From contig NC_058383.1 in the NCBI RefSeq assembly GCF_018350175.1, positions 4,092,001 to 4,156,000 on the forward strand: a stretch of 64,000 nt of DNA, given 5' to 3'. The notes under the pieces were generated by a model, which made no database searches, had not been told where the DNA came from, and was given only the letters and a program-made list of their open reading frames with translations. Source of the DNA: Felis catus. Its lineage: Eukaryota. Made by a program: the position numbers and the translations under genes. Below are positions 38,483 to 49,281 of this stretch, one piece after another (the first letter of the stretch is position 1; each line of letters opens with the position of its first letter).

Positions 38483-39030
38483 GGGGCGCCTGCCTGGCTC
38501 CGTCAGGGGAGGATGAAAGCCTTGATCTCAGGGTTGTGAGTTCGGGCCCCTCGCTGGGTGTAGCGATTACTTTAAAAAAAAAAAAATCTTAAAAATGAAA
38601 AAGAAGGAAAACTTGGTAACTCTCTTAGGGAAAGAAAACAAGACTCCCCCCACCCAGCTGCGCCCACAGCGTTACCTACACAGGGGGTGCCTCTCCGTCA
38701 TGGATCAACTGGCTTCTTCCTTTCTTGTAGAATTTTTTTAATGTTTATTCATTTTTGAAAAATTTTTTCTAATCCTTGGTTTGAGAGACAGAGACAGAAC
38801 GCGAACAGGGGAGGGGCAGGGAGAGAGGGAGACACAGGATCCGAAGCGGGCTCCAGGCTCCGAGCTGTCAGCACACAGCCCGACGCGGGGCTGGAACCCA
38901 CGAACTGAGAGATCGTGACCTGAGCCGGAGTCGGACGCTTAACCGACTGAGCCACCCAGGCGCCCCATGCTTCTTTTTTTTTTTTTTAAACTTTTAAAGG
39001 TTTATTTACTTTTGAGAGAGAGTGCAAGTG
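38483..39030. mobile_element. SINE cluster in SLC29A4 intron 1 (about 38483-38600 + short, 38750-38966 -, 38970-39030 tail fragment)
   Basis: ggggcgcctgcctggctccgtc head, and aaccgactgagccacccaggcgcccc on the minus copy. Confidence 0.8.
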
Positions 39031-39390
39031 GGGGTGGGGCAGGTGTCCCCCTCTGACCGCACACCGCCCTGGATGAGTTGCGTCGGGCGCCCCCTCGCGG
39101 AGGGAAGCCGTGCGTGGGACACGGGGCACAGCGTTGGGCCGCGTTGGCTGTTCCACCCGGCGCTCCAGCCCCGGACCGTTGCTTCGCCGTCGATTCCCCT
39201 CCCATCGCGCTGCTGCCAGCTGCACTCGGGCCCCTGTCCCGGGCTCCCCGAGGCGCGCAGGGGCGCGGACCCCGCCGTGCTGCTGCAGAGCGGCTGGGAG
39301 AGTGGCAGCGAGGACCCAGGGGCGCGGCGGGGGCGGGGGCGCCCCCCTGGCTCAGCCGGCCTCCCCGCCTCTCCCCGCAGCGCGGCTGCC

Positions 39391-39565
39391 ATGGGCTCCG
39401 TGGGCAGCCAGCGCCTCAAGGAGCCCAGCGTGGCGGGCACGCCGGACAGGGCCGTGGTGACCAGCTTCGGCTTCGACGGCTGCCAGCTGGAGGAGGAGGT
39501 GGCCGTGCGGACAGCTGGGGGCCAGGATGGCGGGCCCGGGGGCGCCCCGCTTTTCACGGACTCTG
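39391..39565 (+). CDS. SLC29A4: SLC29A4 (ENT4/PMAT) first coding exon; exon starts at 39381
   Basis: ccccgcag acceptor, strong Kozak GCCATGG, reads MGSVGSQRLKEPSVAGTPD...LFTDS, donor G|GTGAGT. 175 coding nt. Confidence 0.95.
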
Positions 39566-40509
39566 GTGAGTGAGGGTGCCAGCCTGGCCCCGCGGGGACC
39601 GGAGCCCTGGGGGAGGGGCGCCTTGGCGGGGGGGTCTCCGAGCGCAGGCCCCAGGGGGTGTTGGGATGGGTCACGCCTGCCACGGGGACACGCAAGCCCG
39701 CTGTCGCAGGGCCCACGCCCCGACGCTGCATCCAGCGCAGGTCAGGGAGCCAGGCTGAGGAGGCTTCGTCTTAACATGGGCTTTCCTGACCCCTGGGCGG
39801 CTGCAGGGGGCGCAAGGTGAGTCTGCCCCGTAGGGCTTCCGCCTGGAAGTGACATGGGTCGCCTGGGTCACGTTCAGTGGCCTCCCTTCAGTGGAGATGG
39901 GAAAGAGCCTGGAAGAAGGACTGATGTGAGGTTCAAAGACTTGATTTTCATCCTGGCTGTGTGACCTTGGGCAAGGGCCTAAACCTCTCTGAGCTTGTTT
40001 CCCCACATGGAGGAACCAGGCCGGCTGCCTCTGAGATCAGACTTGCAGGGTAGAGGGCTGCCCCTGGACAGGTTTGGGTTCAGCCCCAGCCCCCCGTCTC
40101 TCTGCCAGCTGGGGGACCGTGGGCAAGTTTCCATTGTCTGCGCTTGGGTTATGTCCTCTAGGGAAGAGGAAGGGGACTGGTACCACCCTCCGTGTGGCTG
40201 CAGTGGAAGCCCCAGAACATCGCTTAGGGCTGTCCCCGCGCTCAGGAGGCCCCTGTGATAGTTCGTTTGGGGTGGCTGTAGTTTATGCTGGCACCAGCCC
40301 AGGCTCGGAAATAGGGGCTTATTCTCTGGTTCCGTCCGCTCTGTCTGCAGATGGGAAGCAGAGGTCCTGCTGGCCGAGCCCTGCAGTGGGTTGGAGTAAC
40401 CTCGCTGCTCCCCTGTGCCTAGGCAGGGCCAGCTCCCGGCCCATCCCCCAGGTGCCAGACTTCCGCCAGCCGGGTAGATAGCATGTGGCCAGAGACGTGG
40501 ATGGCGGCC

Positions 40510-40586
40510 CAGGCTCTGTGCTGACGGCTCGGAGCCTGGAGCCTGCTTTGGATTCTGTGTCTCCCTCTCTTTCTGCCCCTCCCCTG

Positions 40587-40628
<42 letters not shown>

Positions 40629-40652
40629 AATAAACACACGTTAAAAAAAATT
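40510..40652 (+). mobile_element. 5'-truncated CAN-SINE
   Basis: ggctctgtgctgacggctcggagcctggagcc...(CT)n...aaaaataaac. Confidence 0.85.
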
Positions 40653-40679
40653 GACTATAGTAGCTTTGGTGACGGTGGC

Positions 40680-42370
40680 TGGGTCAGTCAGGGTTCAGCC
40701 AAGAAACAGAGCCAGTAGCAGACACATAGAGAGAGAGCAGACAGAGAGATGTAGGTATGTAGGTGTAGATATATACACACGTGTATGGATTTATTACAGG
40801 AAATAAGTATCCACAGTGGAGCCTAGCTACAGCAGTCTGAAGTCCATAAGGTAGGTGCTCAGGAAACCCCAGGGGCATGAGCTGTTTAGGGTCTCAGCTC
40901 TGGGAAGACCTACATGTCTTGCCTGATTCGGCCAGGCCCACCCAGGGTAATTTTTTTTGATTAACTTAGAGTCCACTCAGGAGGGACTTTAATCCACAAA
41001 ATCCCTTCACAACAGCACCTCAGTCAGTGTCTGATTGAACAACGAGGGACTGTTTTAGCCTGCCACATTGGCCCATAAAATTGACCACCACAGTCCACCC
41101 CTTGCCCACTTGGCTCCCATACACGGCTCTGTAAACCACACTTAATCTCCAAATAAAGACACCAACAAAGTCATACCGCTGCCTGGGGTGACACAGCTAA
41201 CCAAAAACACGCTGATCCTTTCCCAGGAAGATGCAAAGCCCACGTTCCCACGTTCCCACCTCTCCTTTGATAGCTCGTAACATAAATACTGAGATGGGAG
41301 GTTAACACGTGAACGTGTCTTAAGTTTGACACTAAGGTCACAAAGCAGACAAAACACGAGTTCCCGGTTAATACACATATGCAAACATTCATGTCAAGAC
41401 AAGGAAGAAACATGCGTGACAATGGCATTTGTCGGTTCTGAGGCGGGCCACGTGGTCCTAGCTGGCACTTATGACCCCCTTTCCCCACTACCCATTCCTC
41501 GTGCTCTCCACCCTCAGCACCTAGCTGGCCTTGGTTCTTTGCTTGGTGGGCTGACCCAGACCTTCACTTTTTTTTTTTTTTTTTAACATTTATTTATTTT
41601 TGAGACAGAGAGAGACAAGAGCATGAACAGGGGAAGGTCAGAGGAAGAGGGAGACATAGAATCTGAAACAGGCTCCAGGCTCTGAGCTGTCAGCACAGAG
41701 CCCGATGCGGGGCTCGAACCCACAGACCACGCGATCATGACCTGAGCCGAAGTCAAACCGAGTGAGCCACCCAGGCGCCCCCAGACCTTCACTTCTAAAG
41801 GCTACAGTTGGATTGTTGTTGTTTTCCGTTGACTTCAGTCCCGGGGACTGGAAGTCCTAAGAGATGCCATAAGGAACCTCTTGCAATCCGGACATTGTCA
41901 TCTTCCGTTCTATTCTGTTCTGTCCCCACGGGCAGCAGCAAGCTGATTTCCCCTTGGTAGTCGGGTTGACCCACCCCAGCCAGGAAGGCAGCCCTCTCCT
42001 CTGCCCGTTGATTCAGGGCCGGGAGGTGTCCAGAGTGCCTGGTGGCCGTCTCGCTCCCAGGTCAATGGGATCATTGTGTCTCTGCGTAGAAGCACTTCTC
42101 CTGTCGCAACCAGGACCGTCCCCTTGGGCCGGCAGCCTCGAGGCACAGGGGTGGGGAGCAGACATGTTGCTCGTGGGCTTTTGAAGGTCATCGTGAGTGG
42201 TGCTACTCCCACGGCCGCCCATGCTCCCCGGACACCTGGGTGCCGAAGGGAAGATCACCCCATGTATTAGACACTGAGTTAGAGTATACACAGCCTTCTG
42301 GAGGGTTCCACCTTGGCTGAGTCTTCCGACGGCCCTTCCTCCATCCCGTCAAGCCAGCTGCTTGGTGGCC
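40680..42370 (-). mobile_element. ERV-L proviral remnant: MLT2-like 3' LTR (40680-41092), PPT and integrase-end/dUTPase fragment
   Basis: On the minus strand AAGGGGTGGAC abuts the LTR start TGTGG. The peptide VAPLTMTFKSPRATCLLPTPV...VLVATGEVLLRRDTMIPLTW resembles the ERV-L pol/dUTPase junction. Confidence 0.75.
41570..41781 (-). mobile_element. CAN-SINE inserted in the ERV-L remnant
   Basis: TSD cagaccttcactt at 41557-41569 and 41782-41794, plus a poly-T tail. Confidence 0.9.
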
Positions 42371-42586
42371 GTGATGGTGATGGCCGTGGGTGGTTGCCAT
42401 GACTGGGGCAGCTCTGGCCACGAAGGTGGATGGTGGCCGCGATGCTGGTGGATGTGGGGGCGGTGACCACGGTGTCGATGGCCCGTGGATGTGGGGGTGG
42501 CGGTGCTACGGTAGACTGTGGTCCTGGCACGGCGGCCATGGCTCCGAGGGGCTTGTCCGCCTCTAACCTGCCGCCTCTGGGTTTAG

Positions 42587-42718
42587 CGGTAGGGGAGCCC
42601 GTGCCCGACGACCGCTACCACGCCATCTACTTTGCGATGCTGCTGGCCGGCGTGGGCTTCCTGCTGCCCTACAACAGCTTCATCACCGACGTGGATTACC
42701 TGCACCACAAGTACCCAG
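42587..42718 (+). CDS. SLC29A4: SLC29A4 coding exon 2 (TM1)
   Basis: AVGEPVPDDRYHAIYFAMLLAGVGFLLPYNSFITDVDYLHHKYP; AG/GT bounded, 132 nt. Confidence 0.95.
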
Positions 42719-43001
42719 GTGGGTCCCCCGCGGTCGTGTCCCGCCCGCCACAGGCCGGCCGGCGCACTCAGCTCTGGCCCGCCACCCTCCGGAGACCCCC
42801 GCAAGCGGGCCTCGGTTTCGGGGAAGCCCATTTTATTCAGATCCTCACTCGGCTGCCGAACGCGGAGCGACTCCAAGCGCCCGCTCACCCTCTCTGGGCT
42901 GTCAGCCAGTCTCGGGCGGCGCAAGGAAGCGGCCCCTAGGGAGGGTGGGTGCAGGGAGCGGGGTTCCCCCCGAGCACCTGCTGCTGGCTGGCCCCCTGCA
43001 G

Positions 43002-43115
43002 GGACCTCAATCGTGTTCGACATGAGCCTCACCTACATCCTGGTGGCACTGGTGGCCGTGCTCCTGAACAACGTGCTGGTGGAGAGACTGAACCTTCACA
43101 CCAGGATTACCGCGG
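43002..43115 (+). CDS. SLC29A4: SLC29A4 coding exon 3
   Basis: GTSIVFDMSLTYILVALVAVLLNNVLVERLNLHTRITA; 114 nt. Confidence 0.95.
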
Positions 43116-43586
43116 GTACGCTGCCCACCGGGGCTCCCAGCTCTCACGCATCCGGCCTGCCACTCACCCCAATTTCCCTGCGACTCACTCTCCCCATCTA
43201 TGAAGTGGGCACATGTCCTAGGACTGTTACAGAGTTCAGCGTATGAAAGTAGGGTCAGGCCTGTGGCGGGTGCACCACGTGCTAGCGTGACACCTGCACC
43301 TGGGGAGGCTCTGTGCGCCCCACATGGCGTCCTGGGGCCTAATCTCTTCTTCCTGTCCCTTTCCTCTTCATGGCAACATCCGGTGTCAAGGCCCAGCTCA
43401 AATGGGGCCTCCTCCAGGAAGCCTTCCAGGCACCCTTCCTGAGCCCTCTAAGGTGCCCTCGGCCCTCCCAGCATAAAGGGGAAAAGGCAGACAGAGAGGG
43501 CACCTCTGACCTGGCTCTGCAGGAGGGGTGGCACGGGGGGAGCCCCCAGCCTCATGTGCCCACGTCTCTGGCCTCTCGTCCCTCAG

Positions 43587-43715
43587 GCTACCTCTTGGCC
43601 TTGGGCCCCCTCCTCTTTATCAGCATCTGTGACGTGTGGCTGCAGCTCTTCTCTCACGACCAGGCTTACGCCATCAACCTGGCCGCTGTGGGCACCGTGG
43701 CCTTAGGCTGCACAG
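43587..43715 (+). CDS. SLC29A4: SLC29A4 coding exon 4
   Basis: GYLLALGPLLFISICDVWLQLFSHDQAYAINLAAVGTVALGCT; 129 nt. Confidence 0.95.
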
Positions 43716-45402
43716 GTAGGAGCCCGGGCCGGGGGTGGGGGGGAGGCGGGCAGGGCGGGGGCCGAGCCCCTGAGTACCCACTGCTGGCCATGCCACCCCC
43801 ACCCCGTCCGCCTGCTGGGAGCGTAACGACGCGAGGTGACAAGGACTCAGTGCTGGCACCTACCCCCGTGCGTGCCCCATGCGGGTGCTCACACAGTGCA
43901 CACGCACAGCGCCTGCCACATCCCCGTGCACGCTCCGCACACGCACACACAGGCTGGGCACACGTTTGCACACCCCTGCATGCCCTGTGGACGTGGAGGC
44001 AGTTCCCTGGCTTTCTCAGATGGAGACTGCATTTCAGGAACTATCTTGCCCACGTGACCACGCCACTGTGTTTCTCTTGGAGACTGGCTTTCAAAGTTGT
44101 ATTTCTGACTTTTAATTTTAGAACTATTTCAAACCCACGGGAAGGTTGCAAAAATAGTATAATAAATTCCCATACACCGACCCCCAGTTGCTAATGTTTT
44201 GTCGGATAGGCTTTCCCACTGTCCCCCCCGTTTACGTACATAGGTGCGTATAAATTTTGCCCCCGAATGCACATCAACATAAAATACGCTACGTTTTCCC
44301 TTTAAACCGTTCGGGGGTTACGCGCAGACGTCATTACGTGTCTAGCCTGCGTACTATCACCGGAGGGTGTATTTTCTAAAAGCCGAGACGTTTCATCTGT
44401 AACCGGGTTACAACTGCCCGAGTCTGGGAATTGAACGCTGCCCACGTCCGAGAACTGAACACTGATCCCCACGGTACCTTATCTACAACCCATATGCGCG
44501 TGTTACCAATCGCCTTGGGAACGTCTTTAGCGTTTTCTTTTTCTGATCCAGGATCCGATCCAGGATCGTGTCCTGCGTTCGTCGTTAATCCCCTTTAATC
44601 CCCAAGGGTCCTCAGGTTTCCACGGCCGGCCGTGACGTTTGGAAAGGTCCAGGCCTGTTGTTTTGTGCTCTTTAAGTTCTTCTTGAGCGGGAAGAAACAC
44701 ACTTCCTGTTACAAGCCAGTGTGAGTTACCTGTTTATCAGTGAAATCAAGGCTTCTGGAAAGTGTTCTCATTCCAGGCAGTGTCCTCGGGTCTGTTTTGT
44801 TCTGTTCCATTTGGTTAAAAAGCAGATGTTTTCCCAGTGTGACCGCTCCAGGGTGTCCGTGTAGACCACGGATGCGCCAACCTGCAGGGTCCGAGCCAGT
44901 GTCTTTAACCCCCTTAGACCCGGTGCTGGTTGGGACGAGAGCAGTGAGGCTCTAGAAACCAGCTGGCTCCGAGATCTCGGTGCCTTTGTAGAGCGAGACT
45001 TATTTCTGGTTCTTGCCACGCGTTTGACACGCGGATGCGGGCGGTGCTCCACAGTCACTGGGAGTCGGGCCGCAGCGGTAACTGTAACACGGGTTCCCTG
45101 TGGTCACTGCTGCTGGGGGAAAGACACACCCCCAGTCCACGTGGGCTTTTCACTGCCTCGGCCAGACGCGGGGCACGTTGTCGCTGCATGTGTTTCATTG
45201 GCCGGAGCCAGTCACGGGGTCCGGCTGGCCGCGCACGCTCGGTTTGGGGGACAGGGCGCTGGGACCAAATCTCTGTGCTGCCCGCGATGTTCACGTCTGT
45301 TTCCCCGCACCCTCACCAATGTGTGCTCTCGGACTTGTGAATTTGGTTCCAAGCTGACAGGTGATGGGTGGCATCTCACGGTTACTCCTCTGTCCCCCCA
45401 AG

Positions 45403-45477
45403 TGCAGCAATCCAGCTTCTATGGCTACACGGGGATGCTGCCCAAGAGGTACACGCAGGGCGTGATGACCGGGGAGA
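45403..45477 (+). CDS. SLC29A4: SLC29A4 coding exon 5
   Basis: VQQSSFYGYTGMLPKRYTQGVMTGE; AAG acceptor, GTAAGT donor, 75 nt. Confidence 0.93.
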
Positions 45478-46852
45478 GTAAGTAGCAGCAGGCCCCCTGG
45501 AGGGGACCCCCCCCACGACATGCCATGGACCCGGCGCTGGGGACCCTGACCGCCGTCTCCCCGTGCCTGGCTGGTGGGGGGCAGGGACTCCTGGCGGGAA
45601 GGGACGTGGCTTTGATGTGTGCACATCTCTCCAAGCATGCAGTCCTTTGCGCGAGAAGCATACACGTCTCCCAGCGGGGGTCTGTGGTGGCTTGGAGTGC
45701 CCGTGTGTCTGTGTGTGCGTGTATGTGTGGGGGTAAGCCTGTCCAAACCGTGACATCCAGCATCATGCCGTCCTCGGAGCCCCAGACCCCTGAGCTAACC
45801 CCCGCCCGGCACCCCCGCTTGGCTTCTCAGACCCGCTTTCCCAAGCCCATCTGCCCTGTCCTCCCGCCCCTGGTCAGCGAATGGCCCCCCCTTGCTCACA
45901 CCGGGCACTTACGCAGCACCTAGACTTGCCCCGCACTCCAGCCCTGGTCCGGGGGGGCCAGCTCCCCTCTTGCCCTGCCGCCCCTGCCCACACGTCAGGA
46001 CCCCCTCTGAAGCACCTTCCTCCAGATGCTCCCAGTCTTCCTTCTGCACCTGGACGGGCCGAGGTCCAGGCAGGAAGCTGGGCCCACTTCTCGTCTTCGA
46101 GGTACTCTGCGCCCCCTCCCGTGTGGTGACCGCATGGCCCCAGGGCGCCAGGCCTCAGGTCTGTGGGGTTTGGTTCCAGGAAGCACTGGACAAGCAGATC
46201 ACTTCTGGATATTTTGCCGCGGAGATGAGCAAGGCACCTGCCGGAGCGGTGCGGATTTGGGGTGGTTTACGCAGTCAGGAGCCCCACGCTCTGGGAGCAG
46301 CCCACACCCACATCCTGCCTGAGGCCTCCTGCCTGCCATGACCCCGTTGCCCTCCCTCGTGACCTCACGAGCACAGCCACACTGCCGGGGACACCGCCCC
46401 CGGCCGTCGCCTACCCGCAGAATCGTGCGCGGGTGTTGGCATTTTTCTGCGACTTCTCTGCCGCCTTCCCCACCGAGCCCCGGGAGGGCTGGGCCTATGT
46501 CCCCTCTGTCCCCACTGTGTCCTCAGGGCGGGATGGTGTCAGATACACAGCAAGCGTTCTAGAAATGCCCCTGCGTGTGACTATGCAGTGCCAGGGAGGG
46601 ATGTTCTGAGTGGTTGCATTTTGTGAACCGCTACCTGCATGTCTGAAGACCGAGCCAGGCCAGGCCCAGGGCCGGGGGCAGGCGCGGGTGCAGGGCCAGG
46701 GGCAGAGTGGGGGCAGGGCCAGGCAGGGCCGGGGCAGGTGCGTGGCTAGGGGCAGAGCGGGCCAGGGCCGGGCCGGGCAGGGCCAGGGCAGAGCTGGGGG
46801 CGCTGAGCGGGGGCCGAGGCCTGGGCCCAGCACGGCGCCCTCTCGGCTCCAG

Positions 46853-47100
46853 GCACGGCGGGCGTCATGGTGTCCCTGAGCCGCATCCTCACCAAGCTGC
46901 TGCTGCCGGACGAGCGGGCCAGCACGCTCATCTTCTTCCTGGTGTCCGCGGGCCTGGAGCTGCTCTGCTTCCTGCTGCACCTGCTGGTGCGGCGTAGCCG
47001 CTTCGTGCTCTACCACACGGCGCGGCCCCGCGACAGCCGCCCCGGCTGCAGGGCCGGCTACCGGGTGCACCACGACGTCGCCGCGGGGGACGTCCACTTC
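46853..47100 (+). CDS. SLC29A4: SLC29A4 coding exon 6
   Basis: STAGVMVSLSRILTKLLLPDERASTLIFFLVS...GYRVHHDVAAGDVHF; 248 nt, GTGAGT donor. Confidence 0.95.
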
Positions 47101-47666
47101 GTGAGTCTGCCGGGCGCCGCCCCCGCCCAGTCCCGCTTGCGGTCTCCGCCACGCCGTGGCCTCGGGCTGCGTCCCGCGGGGCCTCCTTCGTTCTGCGGAC
47201 CCAGGTTGCGTCCCTCCGGGGCACCGCGTGTCTGTGGCCTGAGTCCCCGCGGGCAGGCCGCCCGGAGCCATGCTGGGGGGCGGGGCGCCCTCTGGTGGCG
47301 GCAGCGGGGCCGGTGGGGCGGAGGCGCGGAGTCCCCCCAGACGGGGTCCAGAGGGTCACCCCCGGCTCTGCGTGGGAATCGCTGCCGTGAGCTCCGGACG
47401 GGGACCACCAGGCCACATGCCGTGTCACGGTGCTGGGATAAGACCCACAGTGGGAACGAGGCCCCCCGGTGGCCAAGGAGGTTCCCCAAGAAGTGGCTTC
47501 TGGGCTGAAACCTGGCCCGTGGGGGAGGGGAGACGGGAAGACCCACAGGAAGGGCATTGGGGACAGAGGGAAATGCGTCTGCAGGGGCTCAGAGGCGGAT
47601 GGGGCTCGGTGTGTTCGAGGGGCCCCCACCCAAACCCCACCGGCCGCTGCTTCGTCCTCCCTCCAG

Positions 47667-47808
47667 GAACACCAAGGCCCAGGCCTGGCCAACAGCGGGT
47701 CCCCGAAGGACAGCCCGGCCCACGAGGTGACCAGCCACGGCGGGGGGGCCTACACGCGCTTCGATGTGCCTCAGCTGGGAGTCGCGCGCAGCTGGCCCTC
47801 CTTCAGAG
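47667..47808 (+). CDS. SLC29A4: SLC29A4 coding exon 7 (cytoplasmic loop)
   Basis: EHQGPGLANSGSPKDSPAHEVT...RSWPSFR; 142 nt. Confidence 0.93.
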
Positions 47809-48026
47809 GTGGGGGTGGGGGCGGGGCAGGGGCGGCCAGGGCGGTGCTCCGCGCATGTCCCGGCCCCGTGGGCCTGGCGCGCGGCTCCGTGGGGCGGGGC
47901 GGGGCGGGGGCGGTCGGGCCGTGCTCTGCGCATGTCCGGTGACGCCCCGGCGCCGTGGGTCTCATTGCGCGCACGTGCGGTGCCGGCGCGGACGCTGCGC
48001 CCTGACCCCTGGCGCGTCCCCCGCAG

Positions 48027-48214
48027 CCCTGCTGCTGCACCGCTACGCCGTGGCCCGCGCCATCTGGGCCGACATGCTGTCCATCGCCGTCACCTACTTC
48101 ATCACGCTGTGCCTGTTCCCGGGTCTCGAGTCCGAGGTCCGCCACTGCGTCTTGGGCGAGTGGCTGCCCATCCTCATCATGGCCGTGTTCAACCTCTCCG
48201 ACTTCGTGGGCAAG
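48027..48214 (+). CDS. SLC29A4: SLC29A4 coding exon 8
   Basis: ALLLHRYAVARAIWADMLSIAVTYFITLCLFPGLESEV...FNLSDFVGK; 188 nt. Confidence 0.95.
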
Positions 48215-49040
48215 GTAGGCCCGGAGCCCCTTCCCTGCGTCTGGGGGAGAGGCGGTGGGGGCGCGAGAGCCGGGAGGCCCGGGGGAGGGGCAGGCCCCGA
48301 GCCGAGCACGCCCGTGTCTCCCGAGTGGGGAGGGCGCTGGCCAAGCAATGACGCGGCCCCGCGACCTTGCAGGGCGGCTCCGAACTGCCTGTCGGCCGTG
48401 CGCACAAAGTCCGGCACCGTCGTTCTGTGTCTGTGCTCAGCCCGCAGGGCCCCGGGTCAGGCCTCCAAAGACGGCACAGGAAGTACTTCCGGGGGGAGGA
48501 GAATCTGGGCAGAGTGCTCTGTGCTGCGGGTGCAGGACAGGGTTGGGGGGTCAGGGCTGGAGTCAGATCAAGGCTCCCCTTTCTGGGACAGGACTGACGT
48601 GGGGGAACTTGAGGCTCAGAGAGGGAAAGCCGTTTGCTCGAGGTCACACAGCAGGGAGTCTGGTTCTTGAGGGAACGAGGTTTAGTTAGCGGGCTCAGCT
48701 CCAGATCTTGCGACTTCCTGCTGTGGGAGTCGTGGCAGGTGACCCTCGGCGCCTCGGGTGTCATTTTCAAGCGGGGTCAAGAGCCCGTCCTGCGAGGGTA
48801 CGGTGAGGATTGAGCAGGAGGGATCTGTGCGGTGTTTGGAAGGATTCCGGACACACGGCGAGGACCGCATGTCACTGTGACACGGGATTTGTGGATTTGG
48901 TGGTCCCGGCTGGGTGAGGACAGGGACGCAGCCTGAGCCGGAGCGTGTGGAGACAGGGGCCGCGTGTGGGGGCCGCGGTGGAGACGGCGGGGTGGTGGCG
49001 TCAGTGGAGGGAGGGGGCCGACGTGCTTCGCTCCCCGCAG

Positions 49041-49281
49041 ATCCTGGCAGCTCTGCCCGTGGACTGGAGGGGCACCCACCTGCTGGCCTGCTCCTGCCTG
49101 CGTGTGGTCTTCATCCCCCTCTTCATCCTGTGCGTCTACCCCAGCGGCACGCCCGCCCTGCGCCACCCGGCCTGGCCCTGCGTCTTCTCCCTGCTCATGG
49201 GCATCAGCAACGGCTACTTTGGCAGCGTGCCCATGATCCTGGCGGCGGGCAAAGTGAGCCCCAAGCAGCGGGAGCTGGCGG
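49041..49281 (+). CDS. SLC29A4: SLC29A4 coding exon 9
   Basis: ILAALPVDWRGTHLLACSCLRVVFIPLF...GISNGYFGSVPMILAAGKVSPKQRELA; 241 nt. Confidence 0.95.

Noticed and set aside
42370..42586. In-frame upstream ATGs in a GTG-rich tract that could give SLC29A4 an alternative N-terminus
   Set aside because: This is low-complexity intronic sequence, no sense-oriented promoter is evident, and a normal branch point and acceptor follow.
47270..48670. 466-aa ORF containing transporter sequence
   Set aside because: It is one real SLC29A4 exon (48027-48214) extended through GC-rich introns, not a separate gene.
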